A stretch of 58,920 nt of DNA, filler included, from Sphacelaria rigidula (taxonomy: Eukaryota): assembly GCA_964200075.2 (NCBI GenBank). It is 6 parts of 6 records of this genome, joined end to end, with 100 filler letters (N's around TTAATTAATTAA, not from the genome) between each part and the next. Parts side by side here need not be neighbours in the genome. Positions count along the whole stretch, not along the records: positions 9,838 to 19,574 come from CAXNAA020007866.1; positions 19,675 to 29,411 come from CAXNAA020007867.1; 4 more parts are not named here. The stretch is one strand, 5' to 3'. How positions within the stretch are numbered: the first letter of the stretch is position 1; each line of letters begins with the position of its first letter. The notes under the pieces were generated by a model, which worked only from the letters and a program-made list of their open reading frames with translations, did no database searches and had not been told where the DNA came from. This document shows, one piece after another, positions 11,268 to 24,700 of this stretch. Both the position numbers and the translations under genes were made by a program.

Positions 11268-12125
11268 GAAGCACTGACCATGAGGCAAGCTGGAGGTACG
11301 ATGCTGGTCGCTTGCGGCTTGGTCCACTTGGACCCATCGTGGATAAACCTGTTGTTGCGAGAGCTGCTTGATCACCGCTTGGTTGACCCAGAGCAGGCGG
11401 GGTGGTGGAAGAAGGAGCTGGTGGACCACTGCCGACGCACACGTGGGAGTCGATATCCTGACCTGATCGTGATGCACAAAAACTTTATACGAACGGGGCG
11501 GCTCACTAAGGACTATGTTCGTTTTCTGTGGCGCGAGGTGCCTGGGCTTGATAGCATACAAGTGTTCAGCCGAATGATATCCACAATGTCCACGTTCGGC
11601 GTTATGTTTCAGTGTGATCCCGGGAGCCCGCACGAAGCGGAGGAGCTCATGCTGCCGGCGCGACTCCCGTCCACGGTCAAGGATGACACTCTCCTTGAGC
11701 TGAAATCCGCTATCTTGACCGGCGTCAGGATGCAGTTCGTGATAGAAATTTACGCCAACTACATCCCACCTGGGATCATCGCCCAGTTTCTGGGAGGGTT
11801 CTGTCGGGTCAACCGCATTATCTTTCGGGCGTGCTGGAGTCGAGGAGCAGCTTTTATCATGGACGGACGGGAGCACCTCGTGTGTCTGCATGAGCCCACC
11901 CGCGGACTCGATGCAAGAATCGAAATTGACATCGCCGGTAGCACCAGGGAGAGTGTCTCGGACCATGGTTTCGCTGTCATGGACGCGATGTGCGCCCTAC
12001 TGTCTGAGCGATACCGGGGACTCTTGTATGATCCATCGGTTGAACCTCAGTTCATGTCAGGTTCGGACGCGTGGCGAGAGAGCCTGAATGGCCTACAGAA
12101 GCACCTGAGAGGTCGGATGGACGAG
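11268..12125 (+). CDS. ROCO-family protein, COR-domain exon (gene 5' part absent from contig)
   Basis: Acceptor ttcacag|GAA and donor GAG|gtggg; 858 nt, phase 0. GLVHLDPSWINLLLRELLDHRL, ELMLPARLP, YIPPGIIAQFL and CWSRGA are typical COR motifs. Confidence 0.8.
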
Positions 12126-12605
12126 GTGGGTGCGAGAGCCCTCGTCAGCTTTTTTAATGAATGGTGATGGCTGGTTGAACGTCCCGGACTCACAAGTGCT
12201 TGGCGTTATGTTGATGATGAAGGTAGCAGCATGGCTGAAGCTGCCCAGCGTCCGAGAAAAAATAAACAATAGAAGATCATTGTAATGGTTGCAAGGGGGG
12301 CAACATGCACTTGTTCTGTAATTTGTTGTCCACCAAATTTTGTAGAACGAACTGTTATTGCGCCGAAGGTGTTTGCCAGATGATGTTGGCTTAGAATCGT
12401 CAAGGTCGTACGTCTTCGTTTTTAGGTGGTTGAGAATATGAGCGCCGTGAACGTATCAGGATGCGTTTTGCCACTGTATGCTACAAACGTGCTCCCGCAA
12501 CCCCGGCAGCCATGTGTCAAGGCTTGCCTGACCATCACATACAGCTTAAATGACACCATCTCATGTGCGTTCTCTCGCTCGTCTTCCCCAACTTACGCCC
12601 CTCAG

Positions 12606-13403
12606 CTTGAAACCAGTCTGGCGGCGCTTCTTGAGGACATTCTGAGAGCGTGGGATGCGAATGAAGCAGCCAACCGGGAACATGCAGAGTCGACTGTCCT
12701 CAATCTAATCGACGACTCTTTGTCCCGCAGTCTCAGACGCCTGCGTTGCGACATAGAGGAAGACGCTGATCAACGGTCGAACCCCGCCTTAACCGGATTG
12801 GTGGAAACTCTGGGGGCCAAAATTGAGGGCCTGTCGGTGGCCGGGCTACGCCAGTCAGAGAGTGCTATGATTCGAAATATGGCTCTAGATATGGCCCGAC
12901 TCAGGTGGCCGGTGCCTCGGTTCGCGTGTCTGCTTCCGCTCCATGTAGGGCAGTTGACGGAGGAACAGAGAGCGCTTGGTGTCTGGTCGAAACGGCTTCA
13001 GGAATGGTGCCGCGACGGCAAAAAGCAAGGGAAAGGCAGGTTCAAACGGCGCCTTCGCCTGTTCTTTTTGTGTGCGAGCGACTTCAGTCTCGCGGAGTGC
13101 GGGCCTGGCGGGCAGGGGTACGAAGTGAACGAAGTTCTTGACTGGGTGAAGAAAGCACGGCCGGTGGCCAACTTGGGTCTGACTCTGGGCAAGATAGCCC
13201 TTAGTACGTGCACGGGGTTGCACCTCTCCGGCGGCAATGATGTAGTGGCTGCTTTGGATGGAACTCTTGGTGAGACCGTGTCTAGCATGCTTGAAAACGC
13301 GCAGGCGTGGCATTCGAAGGAACCTGTGTTCACAGTGTCCCCAGGACAGCGCGCGGCCGGTGGTGATTTCGAGCAACGGCAGGCCAGTACCGGAGACCGC
13401 CAG
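12606..13403 (+). CDS. ROCO-family protein, penultimate exon (helical region plus C-terminal domain)
   Basis: cctcag|CTT..CAG|gtgagc; 798 nt, in phase with the previous exon. Contains RWPVPRFACLLP and RRLRLFFLCASDFSLAECGPGGQGYEV..LDWVKK. Confidence 0.8.
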
Positions 13404-13533
13404 GTGAGCCCACGCTTCTTGTTTGCTGTGGACTTTGGCCTCCTGCGATCCCCCTTTCTTTTGCCGTTGTCTCTGGCGCCTCACCACCGCACGATGTAAT
13501 TTGTTGTCCTTTATGTCGCGTGCTCCTCTTCAG

Positions 13534-13770
13534 GTACATCTCGTCCCTGCCGAGGGGTTAGAGTATGAACAGCTCAAGGAAGCAATCAAGGGCTTCGAGG
13601 CCAATTTGCGGACTAGCAATGTGGAGGGCAGGGGTGCCAAGGGCAAGAGTCGCTACTCTGCATTTCGACGATTTGATTCCACGATGCAGCTTGTTGATAG
13701 GGGGGGTCGCGGGGTGGAATGGGCGTGGGTCCGAAACAAGAACGTCGATTTGTTTGTAAGCAACGCATGA
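13534..13770 (+). CDS. ROCO-family protein, last exon
   Basis: ctcttcag|GTA.., phase 0; VHLVPAEGLEYEQLK...VEWAWVRNKNVDLFVSNA, stop TGA ending at 13770. Confidence 0.78.
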   Translation, partial: VHLVPAEGLEYEQLKEAIKGFEANLRTSNVEGRGAKGKSRYSAFRRFDSTMQLVDRGGRGVEWAWVRNKNVDLFVSNA

Positions 13771-14825
13771 GGGGAGAACATAGAAGCATGGCAATGATGC
13801 TTTGTACTGAAGTATGCAGTCATGGGTTCTGGGCTTCGGCAGTAGTTCGTCCGACAATGATATCGAGCGCACAGAGTGATTTTGACAGTGTTTTAAAGGT
13901 CACATTTGAAATACAAGCGCTCTTGTCACCACGTGGTGTAGTTGCATGCCCCTCGTACCTACTGGTGGAATTTGCGATCCCCAACTGGCTGTCTCACAAT
14001 GGATTTTCTTCACGACTCCAGGTTGGCGAAACATTTCTGAGCCGTGGCGCGTGTTGCTGGTGTTCGGCGTCCAGCGCAGAATCACTCGCGCCTTGCAAGC
14101 ACATGGTTTTTGCTCTGCGTGTCACAGTATTTACTCCTGCCTCGGAGCGAAATAGCATGGCTGCGTCGGCTGGATGCCGTAAGTGGAATAGGCAGTCTTG
14201 TTCCAATTTTCAAATTGGTTGTTGTCTCAGGCTATTCCAGATTCGGCTATAGATTTCTGTGACAGAAAACACTCTCATTTTTTCGGAATACTTTTCAAAA
14301 ACGAGCGGAACTTTTAAAAACGAGCGGAACGTTTTCAAAACGTTTTGAAAAACCAGCAGAACGTCTTGAAAAACTGCTCGAACCATGACCCCATTATCTC
14401 GAGTACAGGGCAGTACACTCAAGACAAGATACTTTCGCAGTGGTGTATGCACTAAAGAGTACTACACTTAACAGAAAACAACACAGGTGTTCTGCAGCAT
14501 CACGAGAAATCACGCGCCGTTCTAATCGCGTTCCGCACGAGAAGGAGAAGAAGCAAAAGCAGCAGTATCAACAGCATCTTTACTGCCAGTAGATGTACGC
14601 GGCTGGGGGTGGATCTAAATCAGCCGGTGCCGATTCGTGTGTGTGTGTCAGCGCTGTCCAGCACGGTGGCTACCACTCGTAAGGTGCGTGGGTGTTGTCG
14701 CACGGTCGAAACGCGGACCGTCTACGATCAAGAGCAGCGGCAGCACCAGCAGCATCGGCGCCGGTTGATTCAGACCCACCCACAGCCACGTACATCTACT
14801 GGCAACGAGTATGCTGCTGATACTG

Positions 14826-14860
<35 letters not shown>
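14826..14860. repeat. (GCT)n microsatellite
   Basis: About 11 consecutive GCT units. Confidence 0.95.
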
Positions 14861-14861
<1 letters not shown>

Positions 14862-15270
14862 ACTTGCTGCTTCTCGTGCGGACGGTCCACGGCACTTGAC
14901 AGCCCCCCGCATTCAAACAAGATCTAGAGGACCTTTCTGCACTGGAGCCCTGACATGAAGTAGCCGCCATCTTTGTCTTTCTTCTTTCAACTCTCCCTCT
15001 GTAGTTCGACACTTAAAGGATACTCGCCATGCGCATTCACTGTAGTTACGTTGGCGTGTAGCGGCCACAACAGCTGCTGTTGGTGCTCTTGTCTTATTAT
15101 TTTCGCAATAACGGTAAACGTGGGGTGGCAGCTCGGGGGCGTGTGCTTCCCGACTGGTACAAAGGGAGGACACTCGGTAGTGCCACAAGATTGTCCATTT
15201 ACTGATGTGGAGCGAGCTTTCCGGAGGAACAAAATCACCTCAACACCGAACTCTCCCAGGTTTGAATAAA

Positions 15271-16296
15271 TGCACAAAAAGTATATCCACCTACGGGGAC
15301 CCACATTGTTTAATCAGCTGCCCGTCACGGATGTTTTCAAACAAGGTGAAGCCTTCACGCGTAGTACCGGAGTGCAGGCAGTACACAGCAGTAACACACA
15401 CACACAGTAAACAAAGTGAAGCTTTCACGTGTAATACCGTAGTGCAGGCAGTAGTCACTAGTCGTATCCTCTGCATCTGCATCCACTGCCATGGACGTGC
15501 ATCTGAATGTGACCTCGAACCCTACAGTGAAGACGGTATAGTACTGTACTGTATTGGCAAAGCACAGCTACCTACTGTTGTGCTCGCGAGTACAGCCCGT
15601 GCTTGTAACCTGGCAGAGTACAGCCTGTACTCGGAAATGGAGTAGTACAAGATAACAAGTACAGGCTACAGCTGTGTCGTGTTTGCGAAGCATAGCCTAT
15701 ACTTGTAATGTCGTACTGTTCGCAAAATCCACGGCCTGTATTGTGAATACTCTTGCCTGCTGCAACACCCTGGCAACTTCATTGTACTACCGTTTTACCG
15801 TAAAGTCTACACCGTACAGTATGCTTTGTGCCCATCATCTCGAGAAAAAAATATCATTCACGGCACCACCGGATGATGAAAGATCAATGTGGGTGTTTTC
15901 CTTCGTGCTTAACATTGACTCGTGCTGGCTGGACTTCGATACTCCGTCGGTCCTCTTTGTGTTTGTCTCTGCTGTATGCTGGTCGCCCCGAGGCTCAGTT
16001 TGTAACCTCGAAACCTTCTGACCTTCTATGCGTGTAGCTGTGTTCATGTGAACTATGTGCGTGCTGTTCACCTGCCCGCTGAGCGGGCATGTAGAGGAGG
16101 CGCTCTCAAATTCAAAAACTTGGCTCTGGTTTTGCTCGTAACCCGAACCCACCTTGTTTGAAAACATCCGTAATGGGCAGCTGATTAAAAAAATGTGGGC
16201 TCCCGAATTAGAAAAAAACAACGCGGGATCGATCATGATAAAAGGTCACAGGGGAAATAAGGATCCAGCTATATAGGTGGATATACTTTTTGCGTG
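15271..16296. mobile_element. ~1-kb non-autonomous DNA element bounded by ~75-bp imperfect TIRs
   Basis: 15275-15348 (CAAAAAGTATATCCACCTA..CCCACATT..TAATCAGCTGCCC..ACGGATGTTTTCAAACAAGGTG) is inverted at 16150-16296, with an ~70-bp insert in the right arm. No TSD recognised. Confidence 0.7.
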
Positions 16297-18985
16297 AATA
16301 AGTGTACTAGAAATATAGTTCATTTCCGGCCGGCGTATACCTGCCTGTACCATAGAACCAGTTTCATACTACGTTTGAGCAGACCCGCCAGTCTAAAAAC
16401 AAACACATTTTTGAATTCACCCACCACCCCCAATAGTGACGAAGCATCATAATGCGAACAGACCACGGCATGTACACGCGCAGTACTATATGCACATGCC
16501 GTCGACGCAGTCGTTGGCGTTCCCTGCGACGCGTCCGAGACTCTCTCTTTGGGCGTAGAGTACTCCTTGATCTCGGTTGTGTAACTCATCTGGGTGGGCG
16601 CCCACTACATCACGCAGTTCCGTTTGCAGTGGAAATGGCTCAAGTACGATTGCACTACTGGGGGTGGCACTGGCGCGTTTGCCTCGTTCGATGCCCACTG
16701 GCATTCCGGGAGGCACGTGTTGTACGTGTACGTCAAGACGGATCTACAAGTAGTGGCCAGGGAGAGATCGAGAGAACCTGGCGGGAACTTGCCGAGCGAC
16801 GACTCCGGTCTCAGCTCCACCTTCCTGCGCACCCTTGCGCACATGGAAGGACGTCACTCGGATTAGAACGATATTGTCTGGAATTTGCGTGGTGCGATGC
16901 GCGAAAGAGTTGTCATCGTCAATCTATGGCCCTTACTTCCTTTCCGTCCCTTCTTCTGCTTGTATGCCGTTTTTGCTTTTCTTCATTGAGGGCGTCTGTC
17001 TCTTGTGTCCCTTTTCCATTCCATTTCAATGTGAGAAAGGATAGGAAAATTGGAAGTGTGATGCGAAGCAGAGCGATCTATTGAAAATAGAAATTCCAAT
17101 TTCACGAAGTCAAAGTGGTTTCTGCTCCGGGTAAAAAACCGACTATCCGGATTTTGCGACTCGTTCTTTGCTACATTTTTCCAGTCTGAAACCCCTATTG
17201 ATTTCGGTTTTCAAGGAAAACTTTGTCAAATAGGAACCAAACGCATCTAGCTCCAAGGGGCAACTGGACACGCAGCAGTTGCTGCTGCCTACCTTGTATC
17301 ATCCTCCAAATCGAAGTCTTGAGTGAGAACGCCCAGCGTCCAGCTGCTTGTTACGACCACTGCGTTTTGTCACGGACCCTTCCCCACGTACCCGACAGGG
17401 GGGCAACATCCCCGTCCAGACAGTAGCAATGCTAGCGGATCTTACGCCCCAACAGTCTGGCAGCCGGCAAGGTGGTTATTGTATTGTCCTTCTAGCGATA
17501 TCAACTCACAGTGCACTGGAGCAGAGTTTGCAGGTAAATATTTCGTCGATTGCCTCACCTGCAGTTCGACCAGATGTTGCGGATTTATTCACAATGTCAC
17601 TGAGCAACAAAACATGTTGAAATGTACCAGACCCTGCGTTATGAGTGGAAATTTACCAGACCTTGGACAAAGATTTCTACAGTCAGTACGGACACGATGT
17701 TAAAAGCGTAGTGCGCACAGTGTGTTTTGTGTGGTCTAATCTATTCTTAACGCTGCTCCATTACAGCGGCGGAGGCGGCCCTTCACTCCTGCGTGCGCCA
17801 CCTGGGGCAGACACACGCTGTGGATCCTAGAAAATGGGGTTCATACAAATTATGGGGTTGAAGTGGCATTTATCTTTTGCAGGGAAGACGCGAAATTGCG
17901 ACCGAGCGAAGCCATCTTCCCGCCCAAATGTCCGCTGCAGTTGAGCAGCTGTGGCTACAGGTGCACCTAACGAATGCGGTGTACACGCGTGTCGATGACG
18001 ATATCACCAGAGAGAGAAGCAACGACAGACAGGAATCTCCTCGTCCGTGTCCTTTGTGTGCCCTCGCTCGGCGATTACCGATCGCTTGAGAAACTGGCAT
18101 CATCGAGGTTATTATATCAGAATGTGCCAATTTTTCCATGTGCCAGAACATCGACGTGCGGAGAGGTTCCGTCGTCTCTTCTTGCCTGTCGAGCACACGA
18201 ATGCGAAGATCGATTCCTCTCTGCCTCTCCTTTTGGACAGGACGCGCCTCTGTGCGCTGTAAAACATGTCCTTGAAAAAGTAGGGCAATGCTCCCGTCAC
18301 CGCTGCTACTGTTCTCTGTCACACACATGCCAGCAAGGGCGGTGCTGCGGCAATAACAGATAGATCCAATTTGAACTTAGGGGGTGTTATTCATCGTTGA
18401 CTTTCGCCGACCTCCCCCAACGGGGTGCCCGAGCAGGAGGGCCTGCCACACGCCCGTTGAGGGGGATATATGAGAGATCAAACACTTGTAGAGACCTTTT
18501 TGACATGCGGAGTGAAAAAAGATACCTATGGTGGTGACCCAACTGTTGCTAGCGTGGCGCATAGGCAATGTGCAGCACACGCTGGTCGCGTGAACAGCTC
18601 GGTACAGTACGAGTAGTAGCTTCCCATAAGTAACGATTATTCCGATGTCAGGAGGTCATGGGTTATTGCAAGTTGGGAGGAGAGACGAGAGTGCGCTCTA
18701 CGATCAACCGCACGTCGTTGTATTCGAAACCCACGCCATCAAACCGCCGACAGCAAGGGTCTTCAGACGTGGACAAATAGCACCCTGTAGGACGAGCTGC
18801 ACAGGGTTCTTCACAGTCTTCGTGAAAACCCCTGTGTAGCATTTGCGAACACTAGTAGTATCTGTAATAGCATTTTGCATAGCGTTTTTGTCGAAACCCC
18901 GCAAGCAACCCTGTGGAGAGGCCTTCCCAATTTGGAAAATTCCAAATTATTTTGGTACAAAATCTGTAAATTTAATTTTTTGGAA

Positions 18986-19073
18986 TAGCTTCTCCTGCTG
19001 TCCGAGGTAAATTTCTTTTTGCCCGATTTCAATCGGGCATAAAGGAATTTACCTCGGACAGCAGGAGAAGCTA
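18986..19073. repeat. 88-bp near-perfect palindrome
   Basis: 43-bp arms, TAGCTTCTCCTGCTGTCCGAGGTAAATT...GCCCGATT and AATCGGGC...AATTTACCTCGGACAGCAGGAGAAGCTA, with a 2-nt centre and 2 non-Watson-Crick positions. Confidence 0.9.
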
Positions 19074-21330
19074 ATCAAAACAGATCCTTTTTTCGCCCAA
19101 TTTATTTGGCCAAAGAAAGGATATATTTCGAACAGCTTCTTCTGCTGCGCAAATTCCATGCACACTGGCAGATTTGAAATTTGGACAACAAAAGAAGCTC
19201 GAAATAAATCTTCACGTTGCTCTCCATTTCATCCTGAGATTGAGGGGAAAAAGATTTATTGCGAACAGCGTCAGCTGGGCATATCCCGCATACTGCACCT
19301 TTATCAGCATATGGGATCCGACAAGCAGAAAAAACTGTTGAAAATAAATAATCCTTTTGCCCCCCGGTCCATGCACATGGGCTAAGGGATGAATAATTCT
19401 CAACAGTTTTTGCTGGATGGAGATCCGACACACTGATTACGATCGAGTGTATGTCCACACGTTTACGACTTTAGATACGACGCTTCCGCTCAAGACATGG
19501 ATACTGGATCGACGAAATATACCTCGCATATAACAGGGTTGCCAGAAAAATGAGAACGTGTTTTGAAATGAGAANNNNNNNNNNNNNNNNNNNNNNNNNN
19601 NNNNNNNNNNNNNNNNNNTTAATTAATTAANNNNNNNNNNNNNNNNNNNNNNNNNNNNNNNNNNNNNNNNNNNNAAAGCACTGTTTTAGGCTTGAACCTC
19701 ATCTCGGAGTTAAACCTCAATTCGCACAATTTGTTGTTCACTGTTGAGACTGATATACTGAGCGTGAGGTTGGATTGATTGAATGGATACTGGAAGGTCG
19801 AGACCACGCAATGAAGAAGGAGGTATAACTGCGCGTGGTATATTACTATTTGTCGGACACATTCTGTGTGAGACGGCGCTTTGTTGTTTGGCCTGGCCGT
19901 TCAGTCTTGAGGACTGACCCCCTTGCCTTGCCTAGTGAGCCTGTGCTTGCCATAACAGCACCGTAACCTCATTACACATGTTTTCGCTCTCGGTCACGAC
20001 GTGAAGGGAGCGTTGGTTTTACAGAATCGTAAATTGAAACGTATACCAAAAACCGACGACAGTCTTCGGCAGGTGGGGTCAGACAAGCATCTCTCAGGAG
20101 ACCGCCGAACGTCTTCCCCGGAGAAACAAGAAAATTGGGCCATCACGTCATTTGAAGCATTCTCTGGAGTACGCTTTCGGCACACTAAATGTCGTACAAA
20201 GAGTGTTCTTTGAGGTTTACAACCGAAAATTGTGTCAACTCTCAAAGTTGAACATTAAATTATACTTGAGTGGAAACGCAGTTTCCGACTTCCAGACCAA
20301 CGCTCCTGTGCACGAGAATGCGAGGTGCACGAGGTCATTTCACGCGCAGTGAAGAAGTGACCATGGTGGCATGATAAGTGACCATGGTGGCATGATGGAA
20401 ATTCCGGTACAGAAATTTTAATTCGCTATGGAGGAGCACCGGACGTCCAGGGATGAGCTGTAGTGAGACCCCCAACGGCTGGGATTTGAAGCGAATAATT
20501 GGCGGTCATGCTGCTCCATATTCTCGGCGGGGCTGAAGATCGGCTCAGCGCAAACGGCTGGGGATCGACGGCGACGCCGACTACTGCCTGGGAAATGTCA
20601 AATAGCACCATGCTCTCAACACCCAACGAAATCATTTCGATCCATGCGTACTTAGTATGGTGAGTGAGTATACAGCATAGTATATACCACGTGCGTACCT
20701 GTGTTGGGGTCGGGCAGTTGCAGACCCACATGAAGCGATACAGGTGTTGACTAGGTGTAACGTCGCCAGTTAGTTGATATATGTCAACGTGTTGCTCATA
20801 TCCACAGCTTTACGGCGATAGCAGCAGTGCGAGATAGGCACGTACCGATTTGCTCTGATCCTACAGTAAGACAGTTCATTCAAGCTGTGTGGAAGAAACA
20901 CGACGTACCTGCGCCGCTCCTGTCCGCCCACGTCTTCAATCGTCTGGCTGACTACGTATCCTATCCACACCTCACTACTACTTGGCTTTGTGTGATTTTA
21001 TGTGTTCAACAGTGACAAGTCCTCGACGGAAACGTGAGGAAATTGTCCCCTCCTATATGGTGGTATCCACAACCACCCTGTTTCTTTACCAGCCTCTCCA
21101 TATGCGTCTTTGACGAGAAGAGGTTTTGAAGAGGTCATCTTTTTTGCTGGCTAGAGGTGAGGACATTTGTGCACCGTTTTAAACATGTACTTCGAAGTAC
21201 GTAATTTGCATATGTTGGGTTGAGCAGCGAACAGTTTCTACAGAAGACTTTCCCATTAGCTTGTGAACTCTCCTCGCTAGCCCTCCTTGTTTCCTTTGCA
21301 TTTTTCGGCAAACTTGTTTGGGACCCCTGT

Positions 21331-21450
21331 CGTTCCTCGGGACAGATCCATGGCCTCAAGGGATCAGCTCATCTCTCCCGTGGTACACTCTTTGCATTTT
21401 GGGTATCGCGGATTGGACCGGCACTACTCCCGCACCGCGTCGACTCTCGC
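21331..21450. repeat. Dispersed ~120-bp repeat family; other copies inverted at ~43501-43616 and ~48381-48493
   Basis: Shared core GCACTACTCCC.CACCGCG.CGAC and TCAAGG.A.C..C.CA.CTCT..C..GGTACAC on contigs 3 and 5. Confidence 0.75.
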
Positions 21451-21867
21451 CAGATAAAAAAATGTGTTCAGCAAGTCAAGCCCTCACATTTTTAACGCTA
21501 GATATTAGATGCCTTCAAGGACACGCACACACATACACACACGCACACAATGCATTTACCAGGAAACAAATTCGCATATTTCCGACGGAATGGCTTCGGT
21601 TGTAACATTGGACCGCCGGGATGCAGCGGCAAACATTCACAATGAGTTTCCTCAAATTCCTCACCACCTTTACGACTTTAGGTTGCCCGCTCTACTTTGG
21701 CGTTCTTTGCACTATTTCGTCGCGTTGGTGGGACCAGGGTTCGGACCTGGAACTTTTGTCCATCAGGCTAACATAATCATGCAATGATGGTGTCGCCAAT
21801 GTGAAAAAGTGATGCGATTCCTCGTCGGAAACTTGAGGGAAATTCGGCCTTCTACCTGCTGCCGCGC

Positions 21868-21930
21868 CCCTGTGGTCTGATGACGTAACTGTAACCATCA
21901 GGTCAGACGAGTAAGGGTTCGATTCCTGGT
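21868..21930 (+). other. tRNA-derived Pol III promoter-like remnant (SINE head?)
   Basis: A-box-like TGTGGTCTGATG at 21871 and B-box GGGTTCGATTCC at 21915. No complete cloverleaf. Confidence 0.35.
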
Positions 21931-22029
21931 ATTTTAGACGGGTTCGTTTTCTTTTTGTGAAACATTATCTACTTTGCGTGGTTGAAAACGTGGGAAACCT
22001 ATAATAGAATAGATAACTACGGCGATAAA

Positions 22030-24700
22030 GAAGATGCGTGTGGCATCAACACCAATTCACCGCGCCGCAGGGTCCACGAGGTATACCACCTCCGTGAGTA
22101 ACCTCGCCCAGTCCAACTTTTTCGACAACGTAGCGAATGTAAGTCACGGGCCGAACTCAGCTCGACGAAGAAGTCGATGGGAAATATACGCCACCGACAA
22201 CCCTCTCACCGTACCGATGTCGGCACTTATAGACTCGCCGTTCCATGAGAGTCGTCGATGTCGACGACATTTAGAGAAACTTTCGCCGCACTCCTTACAG
22301 GGTTGGGTCTTGGTGTACGGAATGTAATCCCCCCTACGGAAGGAACGTCCCCAGCAAACATGATCGATACAGCAGTAGAGGGTGTAAGTCACGAACCGAA
22401 ACGACTTGTAAAACGTCTCGACGGGGAGTTAATGTCATACAGTACAACACTTTCCTTCGCGCGTCGTTGCCAGCACCCGTACACTCTCCACTTTCGACTC
22501 AAAGTAGTCGAGAAAATTTCTATACCTCACGGGTGTGGCGAATACTGTGGTGCACACAAATGACAATCTCCAGTGACCTCCATGGGGGTTGGGCGAAACA
22601 AGGGTGAGAAAACCTTTGTTCCACTCCTTACGGGTTCATGCCTTGGCGCACGGAGCATACTTTGCCCGCATTCAAGATCCTTATAAGTGTAAAACGTGTA
22701 GCACGCTCAAAAACTTGCCGTAGTACACGATATGCCAGCCCGTCAGGGATGGATGGCCCCGCGCAACTTCATTGACAACGTTATGGCCGAACAAGTATCA
22801 ACCTGAACAGCCCAAGACAGCTCTCCTCCGTGAGAAGGTCATCCCATCAAGAGCTTTCCTGTACCGCTTCGCTCGGCGCTTCACACTCTTCGTGATCGAT
22901 AACATCAGAAATCGGGCGAGGAAGGAAATCAATCCCGACGAGTACTGCAATGCCCTGTAGACTGTGGTAACCGGTACGTTGCCTGTGGTCCCGCCCCCAT
23001 ATCTCCCCCTCTTCCTCCTCCCCCCAACAATGGCATCATGACCCTTTCCTGGTCCCGTACGCCTGTTCCGCTGTTGCAAAAGCCGCCGAGTCTCTTGTTG
23101 TGCAGGAGGACCACTTCATCACGAGCGCAAACCTTTCAGCAAAAAAAGCCGGTCTTACGTTCCGCGATAAAACTACAAGCTGCCCCCTCAGCCACCATAC
23201 CCTAGGTCAAAATAATGGCCTCCCGCAGGGCACCCTCTTTTCTTCGACCACGGTTACAAAGCAAAGCGATCAGAGCTCATGATGGAGCTGAGAGAATGTC
23301 CGGAATCATGGATCATGACAAACATGACACAATCATGGTTCTCTCCTCCGCTCATGAATACAATCAGTTATGTAGACATCTCCCCAATTCTAAGGTTGTG
23401 GTCGTTTCTCATCTTCCTGAGTAGGCTGTGACAGCAGAAGTCGCAATCGCCACGATGTTCGTCTTATTTACATCTCGATGTTCGTCCATTTCGGGTTCAG
23501 TGTGCGTCCAAATTACACACTTCCCACATTTCATACGGTCGACGTTGTCCTTGGTCGATATACCATTGGAATGCCCACCTACACTCGAACTACCAATGTA
23601 GTCGGCAAATCGACACCGCGAGATTGAGACATCACACATCGGCCGACGCGCAGATCAGGTGCTTCCAAATCGGTCCCACGGTCAAAGGTGCGAGGGAAAG
23701 CATGTGATAGAGTCGTCGTGAATCACGACGCTAGTTCTGGATGGGTAGTAGCAACAGAGCCGACCGAAACGCACTCTTCTTGACTACAGTAAACTAGGCA
23801 CTGCATCCTACGCCGACATCGCGTACACACAGTCATCATGGTGGAAGGGAGATATCCACCTCACCCCTTGGATAGATGGATACCTCCGCCTAACGCTTAT
23901 CGACAACGTCAACGATAAGGGCGCCAAAGGGTGGCGGCCAACACGGCATTGCAAAGCTGTCGCCGAATAAAGCAGTCAAGGCGCTGCCGCGCTCGGCACC
24001 CAACAGGGCGTCCTGACTTCAGGATCGACGAGAGGTAGGAGAGACACCACACTCTTGGGGCGTGTTACGTACCCCGCTTTATCCACTAGACGTGCCCTGA
24101 TCGCCTTTCTACCGATACTCCCCATTCCCGGCCCAACTTCATTCGATGGAGGGAATATCGTTTTAGGCTGCGGTGTTTTCGCTTCCTGTTCCCCTCGGTC
24201 TGGCGCATTGATCCCCACATCCACGTATCGTTGTGCTACATTCGGTGTACTCTCAATATCGCGGAGCTTAGGTTGCCAGCGTACTTCCCCCAAAATATAG
24301 GCGTCGCGTCCCCTCGCGTATCCTCCAGTGTCTCACGGTGCGCTACGCGTATAACGCTCGGTTGTTGGTCACTCCTTCACCGTGTCGTCTGTTCGCCGTT
24401 CTGCTGCAAATCGCCCTCGCCTGTGCATGAAGTATTCGTTGTGCAAACAACAGCATGCAAACGACCACCGGCGGGAACAACAAAAGCCTCAGTCTAGGTG
24501 AAACAAAGTGCATGACTTGGCCGTGTTGCTGAACAGCACAGAAAAAAAAAACAAGTATTCTCGGCGCGCCATGACTGGCGTAGTTCAGTCACTTGCCATG
24601 CGGGACGTGCAGTCTCAGAGGCGGAACGTACCTTCCCGAACGTGGTATCTCACGCTATGGATACGATCGCCCCAGAGTAGAATCATAGAGTTTGGAGGAA
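22030..24700 (-). mobile_element. Highly degenerate Ty3/Gypsy pol remnant (RT-RNase H-integrase order)
   Basis: Minus-strand fragments in Gypsy order: YVDVG..GRKAIRA..RPKSVVSLL (RT, ~24230-24030), YITDC (~23310), KRRAKRYRKALDG (~22870), and TRKEWN../PPWRSLEI (integrase N-terminus, ~22640-22565). Many stops and frameshifts. Confidence 0.5.

Noticed and set aside
4215-13770. Hairpin + transposase + ROCO as one linked immune or regulatory system
   Set aside because: ROCO is on a different, artificially adjacent contig, and I saw no complementarity between the hairpin arms and the ROCO exons.
16594-16866. Possible BED zinc finger (WKWLKY...AHMEGRH)
   Set aside because: The CxxC pair is not in frame and no transposase follows; too weak to call.
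21868-21930. tRNA gene
   Set aside because: A B-box is present but no acceptor or anticodon stems can be built.
22610-22660. HEPVRSGTK resembling a 2OG-Fe(II) oxygenase motif
   Set aside because: Isolated match inside the Gypsy remnant; adjacent frames fit the integrase better.
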